NCBI RefSeq assembly: GCF_036321535.1
Contig: NC_087436.1
Coordinates: forward strand, 21,144,001 to 21,208,000
Reading direction: 5' to 3'
Source: Camelus dromedarius
Taxonomy: Eukaryota
Length of the DNA stretch: 64,000 bases
The notes under the pieces are model-generated. The model saw only the letters and a list, made by a program, of their open reading frames with translations, was not told where the DNA came from and did not search any database. The translations under genes were made by a program, and so were the position numbers. Numbering within the stretch: the first letter of the stretch is position 1; each line of letters begins with the position of its first letter. Below are positions 24,928 to 64,000 of the stretch, one piece after another.

Positions 24928-25055
24928 GTGCCTCTCCCTCCTCTCAGGGGATGGCTGCAGACCACCCTAATGCCTCCCTTACATGGAGCCTCTTGAGGAA
25001 GGAACCCACCTTCCATCAACCAGCACAGCACTGGTGTTTCATCTCAGATTTCACA
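24928..25055 (+). pseudogene. FREM3: FREM3 relic exon, frame and both splice sites intact
   Basis: CAG acceptor, GTGAGT donor; ASPSSQGMAADHPNASLTWSLLRKEPTFHQPAQHWCFISDFT vs FREM2 [43 protein letters not shown]. Confidence 0.88.
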
Positions 25056-25917
25056 GTGAGTTCAATTTTCTGGACAGGATTTAAGTTTGGGATGAAAAAG
25101 AAGTTTCTATCATTAACAAGAATGGCATTCAAATCCTCAGTTATTCTGTGACTGAGGAAGAATAAAGAAAAACTTGTGAATAGTCCCATGATTAGACAAA
25201 TCGGGAATTCACAGCAGTTGAAGATGAAGAAATAATTTCTACTTGTCTCCATTTCTCCAATATATCCAGTCTATACCCATATAAGCTCCCTTGGGTTATA
25301 AGCTAAGCAGTATCAAAAAAGAGAATACTCTATAGTAAGAAAAATATATGCATAATCTAATTTTTGGCAAGTACTATTAATAAATCCTTTTTTTTTAAAA
25401 TCAGTCTGTTATTTAGCTTGTTTAAATTACAAAGCCTCCAGTTTTAACTAAATTCTGAGAGACTTTCTTTTTACTGAAGATACATGACACACAGTGTTAA
25501 AGGCTGGTGTCCTAGAGATAAGACACACACACTGTGGATGTTGTAGAATCAGAGGCAACCATCTAGATCCCTCAGTCCTCTCATAACCTCATCATCCGAA
25601 GATAAAATCTGTCATCAGAGCTGGGTACCTCTCCAGACACAAGGGATCCCCAGCAATAACAAAGAGTCAAGACCCAGAGTTGCCAGTCTTGACTTGGGCA
25701 GAGAAGGTGAGGTAAGTTCACTTCTGAAGCATTGCCCTGCCCACTATGCCTACCGATAAACTATTCCACTTCTTTATTTTGCCAATTAGAATCATTATCA
25801 CTGCTCTCTTTTTATCTTGCTCCACTATCGTTTCTTACAACTTAGACTCTTCTGATAATCACTGTCAAGTTAAGGCTGCAAAAAGCTATTTAATTATTCT
25901 AGTAAAAACCTTAACAG

Positions 25918-26042
25918 ATCTGAGACTACTCTGGGATGTACCCAGAAGTTAATTTCATGTAAGCCACCAAGAATACATTTTACTCATCATCTGTCACCTG
26001 CAGGATCCCATCACCTTTGGCTTTGATATCAGGTTCCAACAG
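25918..26042 (+). pseudogene. FREM3: FREM3 relic exon
   Basis: CAG acceptor, GTAAGG donor; I*DYSGMY/KLISC/HQEY../SVTC/DPITFGFDIRFQQ vs FREM2 [45 protein letters not shown]; TGA at 25921 where R is expected; several frameshifts. Confidence 0.9.
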
Positions 26043-27246
26043 GTAAGGATGTTTTTGGTCACAGCTATGGATTTTAAGGTTTTCACTTGGTTAAAACATA
26101 CTTTCTAGCATGCCTTTAGTTTGGCTTTATCAGTTCATGTTGGTTTATCAATTCACTATACTTGTTTAAATCTCCTCCTTTAACCCCTGTATTTTCAGGA
26201 ATGTCTCACCACACACATGTTCTACACAAAAACCTCTGCTTTGAAATACAGCACATCATTGCAGAGATTTTTTTTTAAGTCTAAAAAGGGGTAGAAAAAG
26301 GAAATGTTTCTTTTTTTCACTCGATTTTTTTCTGGAAAGCCAGAGTGGTATTTTATAATGCTTTGCAAAGTTGAGACTCAGAAACGGACCTAAGCCTAAG
26401 ATAGCTTAAATAATTAAATGCAGATCAGTTCAAATGAGTGTCCTGTATTAAATTAATATTCAAAGTACTCTATGCCTAAGAGCTGCTTCTCTCAACCTCA
26501 CAAAGGACTTAGAAATATAGTATTTGGGTCACTGTTAAAAGTATATAATCCAGGACACATTCAGTTGGAGTATGCCAGATGGTTTCCAGAACGATTTTTG
26601 ATCATTTATAATAGCTGCCAGCACTGTATTTTGTCAGATGTACAATTAAGCAACAGTGCTTAATTAGCATTTTAATATTTAAGGCTTTGGAGTAAACTTA
26701 ATAATGCAAGAGCGGGTAAATAATGATGAGTGTCTGAGAAAAAACTAATTTATGGCTTGTTTTCTCTACTTATTTCGGAATAATTCAATTTTGAAGACTA
26801 GCTAAAAAAAAATTTGGTTTGAGTAACCACGGATAATCCATATCACTCTTTTACTCAAAACCCTTCATTTGCCTATCACTCAGAATGAAAACATAGACTC
26901 CCACCACAGCCTTCTCCACCCTAAATGACCTGGCCTCTGTCTTTTTGAAGCTTCAACTCACTCTTCATTCCTTTTTAGCCACAAAGGTCTAGCTTTGTTT
27001 CTGAACAATTCTGTCCTCCTCTGCCCTGCCAGTCTTCACACTTGGCTGTTGTCTTCACCTGAAGACTTTACCCAATTCCTTGCACAAAGCTCACTGCCTC
27101 ACTTCCATTTATGTCTCTGCTTCAGTGGACCCTCTTCAGAAAACATCCTGTCCACGATAGTCCTTGTCATCCCTCATTCTCCAGCCCTTTTAACCCTGCT
27201 TTCTTTTCCTCAGTGGCACTTGCCACTTCTTGAAGGTGCTACATAT

Positions 27247-27465
27247 CAGTGCTTCTCAGCAATGAGGGATGATTTTACCCCACCTCCACCCCCCCAGGGG
27301 ACATTCAGCAATGCCTGGAGACATTTTTGGTTGTCACAGTAGGAGTGTTACTGGCATGTAGTTGGGAGACGCCAGAGATGCTGCTGAACATCCTACAGGG
27401 CACGAGACAGGCCCCCACAATAAATACCTGGTCCAAATGTCAATAGAACTGATATTGAGAAATTC
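27247..27465. mobile_element. MER20 DNA transposon (hAT) within L2-like sequence
   Basis: CAGTGCTTCTCA..GGGACATT..CTGGAGACATTTTTGGTTGTCAC..GATGCTGCTGAACATCCTACA..CCAAATGTCAATAG..TTGAGAAA. Confidence 0.85.
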
Positions 27466-28044
27466 TTTTATACACTGATCATTTGTCTCCCCAAAAGCAA
27501 TACAAAGTCCATGGGAGAGAGAACCATGTGTCTTGCTCACTTACTCCCACAGCCTAGCTTTCTATACATGCATCTTAAAAGGAGTTCAAATCCACAATGC
27601 TTTCCAAAATTTTATACCAAACATTTGTAGAGTCTTTCTCACTGTTGTCTCCAATGACTAGGAAGATACCTTTGATCTTTTATAGATACTCGGCAAATCC
27701 TGGATCAGAGTGGAAATGCTAGTGTTCACACTTGGGAGGGTCTTAATCTTAAATAAGTTATATTCTCCAATATGCACATATTTATTAATATATAATATAT
27801 ATTCTTTACAACTGGAACTAGGAATTCTCCGAATACTTAACATGGTGATGTCGATTGTGTCTTTAAAGCATAGTGTGGTTGAATCTGTCACTTCCACAGT
27901 GTCGCCTGGCACCTCGGATCATGTAACTTTATGTCTGAGAGTAAAGTATCTATCTTGCTTACAAATTCGTTTCATATTTATAAATTTTATTTCGAATTCT
28001 CTGGTTTTTATTACACATCTGTCCCTCTTCCTCCCACCTATTAG

Positions 28045-28158
28045 GTCAATGACCCAGTTGCAGCTGAATTCAGTCCCAATACCCAGATGTTTCTCTTCTC
28101 CACAGAGGAGACGTGGTCCATGGGCTTTGAGAAGGGACTGAGGTGATCTTTTCCAAAG
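28045..28158 (+). pseudogene. FREM3: FREM3 relic exon
   Basis: TAG acceptor, GTAAAA donor; [37 protein letters not shown] vs FREM2 [42 protein letters not shown]; deletion + frameshift. Confidence 0.92.
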
Positions 28159-28184
28159 GTAAAAGCCCTTCTATATCTCAGGTA

Positions 28185-28770
<586 letters not shown>

Positions 28771-28859
28771 ACAATTCACATTGTAACAATAGCCTCCAAC
28801 TTTTCTCCTCCGTATCATTTCTCATACTCTGAAAACTTCCCCAAAGCAGATTTCAGCAT

Positions 28860-29010
28860 GCCTGAAGAATCACCTGGAGTGCCTAAGACATAAAGTACAG
28901 GGCCCCTCCCCCAGATTCCGATTCATTAGAATGGAGTATGATCTGAGCATCTATAATTTTAACAAGCTCCCAAGTGCAGCCACTGCTGCCGGCCCTCGGA
29001 CCACAGGCTG
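28860..29010. mobile_element. MER5-like hAT element
   Basis: GAATCACCTGGAG..CCCCAGATTCCGATTCA..TTTTAACAAGCTCCC..CTCGGACCACA; a second shorter copy at about 29262-29400. Confidence 0.75.
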
Positions 29011-31493
29011 CTCCAATATAACTGAGATGTAGAGTGACTTAAGTGTTAGTATATTAAAACTCACCAGAGAAACCCCTGCTAAAACTATCTGCATATCCAA
29101 AATTCAAGATAAAAGCACTTTCTCTATGATAGTATTAAATCATCTTCCTCACACCTAAACTAAAAGAAAAAAATTCATGTTATCCTGATGATGTCATGTT
29201 AGTATGACGGTATCTTAAATTAAAGTGTCATTTTACTTTGCTGTGGTAAAATGTGTTTAAAGCAGTGCTCTGCAATTTTTTCTGTGCCATTGAATCACCT
29301 CTGAGGGTCTTATTAAAATGCAGATTCTAACAGTAGGTCTGGCAAGATGCCTTAGATTCTGCATTCTTAACAAGCTCCCAGGTAAAGGTTTTAGAGTGCA
29401 TAGCTCACTGTGTCCAAAGGTTACTGTGATCTCAGTTTTCAAAATACATCAGACTCAGGGTGGTAACTTTTTTCGAATGAAACTTGCAGTGCTGAGTGAT
29501 CTCTGAGACACAAGCAGAAAAGTGGTTTCAGAGAGAGGTGTACATGGTGAGGACAGGAGCACGCTACCCCGACTGCTTCTGCTGTCAGGGTTCACCCGTG
29601 AGTAGGGACTGCTTAAATGTAGGCAGAGATTGTAAAACTCGGCTCTGCCAATCTGAGTGTGAGGCCTTTGCTCTAGAGTTCTGGCTCCAGATACGCTGAT
29701 GTAGGTTACGTTTTCATTTTTACAAAGAACTTGTTCCTTCCTTGAAAATGGTCATAGGAATCACAGCTATGTTCTCTGCCTGAAGCAAGGGCATTATTTT
29801 ACAGGTGATTCAGCCTCTTCATGTTTCCAGCATGAGCCTGCCTATTGAATTCCCCTAGAGAAACACTGCCTAGTGTCAAGGGCTGGTGGCTTCTCAGAAA
29901 TGGGACGGATAAATGTTCCTTAAAATGTAGTAACACCTGAACCTGTCTACCACACTAAGGACATACAGATCTTTAAAAAACAGTAATTTCTAAAATACAT
30001 AAACACAGAATCAAATATTGTAAAGCATAATCGTACCTGAGAAAAATAATTACTTGAAACCACCAACAGATTGGTAGGTTAATTGGTTAAAGTGTTAAAT
30101 AGTAAAAACGGGTCAATATATTAGTATTTATCATATATGTCCCACAACTAGACACTGAGAATCCTACAGAGAAGACCAACATTTAGAGATCCACAAATGC
30201 CACTATCCTAAATTAGAGCTGTTTAGTTCAGATTTCCTAAACAAATTATTAACACTTTAACACATCATAATATGCATATGTAAGCAATGCTGTAAAATTA
30301 AGCACACTTTGTCTATTATATGAATTTGAAATACCCTAAAATTTTTAAATGTTTGCTATTGGAAAAATTGTTTTTCCTCCAAAGTTACATTAATGTTTAA
30401 AATATTGAGGTTGAAATTAATGGTTACGTTTTATGTTTTACCTGTTTATCTTCCCAATAGAATATAGTCTTCCCCAACAGAAATTTAATAGGGAGAGCCT
30501 TACTCAATTAACTCCTATCTGAACTATTCTGGCTAACAGATGACTGTGACCCCGATCACCTATGTGAATACCCAGCCTCTTCTAGGTTAGCTTTAAGCAC
30601 CATTCGTCCCACCTTATAAGGCTTCCTTTTCCTCAACTGGAAATTGCATTCCAACTCTGAGTCTGCTCTATCACCAGCTCCTCTTTTAAAACAGTTTGTT
30701 TGAGCTCAGTTATCATTTTTCCTTCCCTTAACTAGCAGTATGAAAACCTGGCTTTACTTTATTCTAGATAAACATACAATACGATTTTCTAATTAACTCA
30801 TGAAACAGAAATGTCTCACACATTGGCTAAACCAGAATGCTCAATTTGGATATTGGTTTTTTTAATGCTTTTTCTTTGAGTGTTTCCCTTCACATGCTCC
30901 TGTGTCACTTGAGCTCTGAAGCGCTGGCACTGAGTTCCCTCAGATGTCTACTCTCCACCTCCTCCTCCTCTCACCTCAACAACAGCCCTCAACACAGTAG
31001 TAGGCTGTTTTTCTGCCTCTTGAAAACACCACTTCTTTTGTGACCTCTGTAGGTTTTCTTCAGTCCTTAGTTTCCCAATTATTTCTTCCACAATAAGGCA
31101 CCATGGACAAAGTAACCATTCTTCAAATTTTGCATTCATTAGGATCCATAATTGTTATTTTAAGAATCCAAAGTTATAAAGGAGTCAATTTGGGAGAAGC
31201 ACAAAGCAAAGGCTACTCCACCAACTGCCATAAGCACTGTATTCTGCTTGACACAGGGCAGCAACCCCACTTTTTAAAAGCAAGCAGCATCAGAACCACT
31301 ACAGAAATCAGCGTTATAAATAAAAATCCCAACCAGGTGTGGGCAGAGGAAAGCAGCTGGGAAGTTTTGGAGGAAGAAATCTAATTAGGAAAGGGAAAAA
31401 GATAAACATCCTAAGGAAAAAAGGGAATAAAAATTAAGAGAGAAAATTAAAGAAATGGGAAGAAAAGACCACTTAAGGATTATAAAAGTTATA

Positions 31494-31517
31494 TTTATTC
31501 ACGATGCTACATTTATT
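31494..31517 (-). terminator. Distal SMARCA5 polyadenylation signals (two AATAAA)
   Basis: TTTATT at 31494-31499 and 31512-31517 on plus, followed on minus by a long U-rich tract (plus-strand A-rich 31390-31465). Confidence 0.65.
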
Positions 31518-32673
31518 GCATTCCCTTAGAAAAATGGAGAACTGTTTATGTACCCAATTTGCACATATAAAACTTTATACAAATTATGTGTAGCACATAA
31601 AGGCCTCTGGTACAGCTAAAATCCTGACACTACAATTTGGGTAATCCTGCTTCAGGGTCTCCAGTTTATCAAGTCTGTCCATAGAAAATAAAAACTGGAA
31701 TTATAGTCAGTCTTGCTGCTCACACTTAGAAATTATTTTAAATATAATAAAATAAAATTTTCAATTACTCTGAAACCCAAAAAAGGTAAACGGAGGGAAT
31801 ACATTTTGTTACCAATCTCAATTTAACAGTATGACAAATTTACACCTTATTTTGGCTGGGTCTTTTTTAAAAAAGAAAATCGCCTTAGTTTTAACATTAT
31901 CTTTCTAAGTTGTGGCTGCTTCAAGAAGGTAAGTCGTTAAAATATTTACCAAACAATTAAAAAATAATAATAATATTCCTTTTACAAAATGGTACAACAA
32001 CACCTTAAGGAACCAGAAAATACTAAGTGTCTTTGGCTATACAACTAACAGGCCATTCTTCCAAAGAGAATAGGGCATATTCACCTCAGAACCAACTACA
32101 GAAACAGAAAGCATAACAGAAATATGCATAGAATTTAATGAGAGTTTGTCTTGCCTTTTTCCCATTCTACCCATATAATAAGCAAGGAGAATGCAATGCA
32201 CACAATCTTCCCAGGTGAGACTCAATAGCACTACAAAGATACCCAAACTTCTGCAAAGGCAAAGTGAATTAAAACAATTACACAGCTAAGTGACGACTGA
32301 AGGGACAAATGTTATTTGCAATTTTTTTAACTTGTTTGCTTCTTTTCAAGCCTACAAGTGTAGAAATTATAGCTGATAAACAAAAGGTCACAATCTTCAC
32401 AAATGGAACTATAATAGAAAAATAAATCAAATGAAACATTTATTAATAAATGAAGCCTATTTTATTACTTCAAGTGTTAATGATAAAAAAATTTCAGCAC
32501 AGCTGTTGCATTTAAAAAAGTGAAACTACATACTATGTTTCTAGCTCGGTAAACAGATGGACCTGCTGTCTCTGAATGACATGACAATTGAGCATTGTAC
32601 AGTACATCTCATGAAGACCCGTAAATTAAAGAACTACTGGTTTAAAGTTAGTGATTATGAAACAAATACATAT

Positions 32674-61413
<28,740 letters not shown>

Positions 61414-63499
61414 CTGGTAGGAGGGAAAAACCAAGGATTGTTCTTCAAGAATACTTGACACATCATTATTAGACTGATTTCTGTCAAAACACATTCTAAG
61501 TAATACACTTCTGTCTCAAATTTCCTAAATACTTAAATGGCTGTCATTTAACCTGATAGGAAACCTTGATGAAAAATACCAGATGATAATTTATTTAAGC
61601 CCAATATGTAAACTGTGTGGCTATTGCCAAGATTGAAACACAAGATTATTATCTACATCATCCTAGAACAAAATTACTTTCAGCAATTCGGTTTCTTTTC
61701 CTAATCAAAAATTATAAGCCAAATTAAATAGTATAAAATATGAAGAAAATACATTCCATTTTAATCATAAAATTGCAGTGTCTACTGCACTACTATACAA
61801 ATGTACACCTGGAAAGTGGCCTTAGTCACCCTGATTCCCATCTTCTGGAATATTAAAAAATTCACCATGCAGCCTAAATTGAATGACCTTTAACTACAAT
61901 CTAATTCTCTAGTTGGTAATAAATGTGTTATTCTTGCAAATTTATTCACCTTGACATTCAAAAATGCCACAAACAACAAAAAACAACTACATTGCAAAGT
62001 TCCACTCATCCATTAAAAGAACAATGTAAGAACTGTTGGTAAAAGTGTAATTTTCATCAATGATATTCAAATCTGTGCTTGGCAATATATACTACAATAA
62101 AGTTATCTGTGATTAAAAAGGTGGGGGGAAAGGGGCTGGTATAGCACATGAATTAAGAGGCCAAATGACCCAAATTCAAGTCTAACTTCACTGCTAAGAC
62201 CTTTAGGCACCTGTGGAACTTAAAGCTCATCACAAAAATCTCAGGTCTCCACAAGTAAAAAAACGACAAAGCCATCTACCTAGCCTACTTTACAAAATGG
62301 TACTGGGATAGATACCATGAAAAATCAAATACATCTTTAAAAAGTAAGATGTGCTTTCCAACAGCAGTCATTATTTCTTTCATAGTTAAAAAAAAAAAAA
62401 GGTTTGGATTTCAGGACTCTTGAAGTCCTATGATTACTGGTATATAGTGTACCTACCTATCAGTCTTGTCAATAGTGAGAGATGAGGATGAATGAAAGAC
62501 AGGCCCCATCCACAATGTCAAAAAGATCACAGTAATAAACAAAAAATGAGATTGCTCCCCTGACCTATCAGCACCACAAGCAAAAAGGAAAAATTAACTT
62601 CATACATAGAAAAGCTAGCTAATATTTCTAGGAAAATGGGCTTTGTCAGAAAATAAAAGATTTTGGAAAAATCCACCTTAAATTCTACTTTCAAACAAGA
62701 AAAGGGCATTAAAATTTTTTTCAACCATGAAACAGACTGTCAGATATATTACATATGCGTGCTCAAATCTAGTTTTTAACCAGGGAACCTCAATGATTTC
62801 TGAATTCAGTTAAAAGAGAACAGACTAAAGTAAGGTACGTTTCTTTGAAAAGAACAAAGTCACACTATAATGTGAAGAAAAAAACCAGAATCTAGTCAGT
62901 GAAAAGATTGATAAAAAGTAAAAGTACCGATATTCCTCTACCGAGAAGGTAAAACTAACTCATTCGTCAATAAATGAAATTGTCAGACATCTTTTTTTAA
63001 GAATATGACAGGGCAAAATATGTGGGAAAAGGGTCAGCTTCAGAGCCAGACCTGGGTTCTATTACAGGTTCTGCTTACCAGAAGACTCAATTTCCTCATC
63101 TGGCAAAACAAAACAAAACAAAACACCACTAACTTCATTTGTTACTTGTTATAACCTGACTATTCATAATTAAACTTTAATTCCACTTCAACTTGAAAAT
63201 GGCACCTGAAAACCAAAATACTTAATTTAGACTTTAAATTATTCTGCTTTCTGGTATTTCTGTAACACCTCTAATGAAACTTTGGTTACTTCAAAATTTG
63301 AGTAACAGCCCCTTTTGAGAAGCTGAGGAAAACTACGGACAGAAATTTGCAGAGAATTGCGTATTAACATACAATTGCGTATTAACATACAATTGCTTTC
63401 AGCGTCAGATTTTCAAACCCACTTAAACCAGGAAGCAGGAATCCAAGTTAACCATAGTAATGGAAAGAACCATTTAAAACCTTAAGGAAAAGAAAATAG

Positions 63500-64000
63500 G
63501 CAAAAGTAGATGTGAATCGGAAACAAATCTCGTCACTGAAAACGACAGAATATCAGATGTCTTATTCTATCAAAACCTACCCTCTCCTGAAAGTTCTCAC
63601 AAAAACTAGTAACATGTTACTTCACCCTAAGTTAGACCGTTGGTACCCAAATAAAACTATTATACGCCGAATGCTTCAACGGGAAACTGCGCTACCATTT
63701 CCTTACTGTGTTAATTCTGCATCAACGTTCATTTTTAGAGCAGTACTACCTTCACTCAGTCTATCCAAGGATGGAAAAATCCCAGAAATCTTTGGACTTC
63801 GACTATAAAATATCTTAAAACAGATCGAAGGCCAAGAATAAAATCTGGAAGGAGCAAGCAATCACTTTGTTCCCAGACATCGCAAAGCCTTCCTTGGAGC
63901 GCACCCAAGAGACCCGCCTGGCAGTTCCCCAATCTTTCCACCCTCGCAGGACTGTCACCACCCCCTGGCCGGCTAACCCCAGCCCAGTAGGCAAGCAGGC
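63500..64000. promoter_or_regulatory. Shore of the SMARCA5 promoter CpG island (intron 1)
   Basis: CpG density and GC content rise steadily towards the window edge, where exon 1 is expected just outside. Confidence 0.55.

Noticed and set aside
31103..31384. 93-aa plus-strand ORF as the lost FREM3 terminal exon
   Set aside because: No convincing similarity to the FREM2 terminus and no transmembrane segment at the expected place.

Overview
Mammalian genomic DNA, most likely a camelid (four copies of a short Vic-1-like tRNA-derived SINE, no Alu seen). The window is the convergent FREM3/SMARCA5 junction. The plus strand carries the last two coding exons of FREM3 (2065-2214, 5551-5792). The minus strand carries exons 2-24 of SMARCA5 (SNF2H/ISWI), 2982 nt in one open frame with all introns GT-AG; exon 1 lies beyond the right edge. 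The main observation is in the apparently intergenic DNA after the FREM3 stop. At least ten decayed, collinear exons (7.8-28.2 kb) encode the FREM2-like C-terminal half (Calx-beta 4/5 and the downstream extracellular region) that mammalian FREM3 lacks. The present FREM3 stop arises by reading through the old splice donor at 5761. An ERV1-like provirus with a nested 3-kb L1 occupies the gap where further relic exons are expected. All homology calls come from manual translation compared with protein and repeat sequences recalled from memory, not from database searches.
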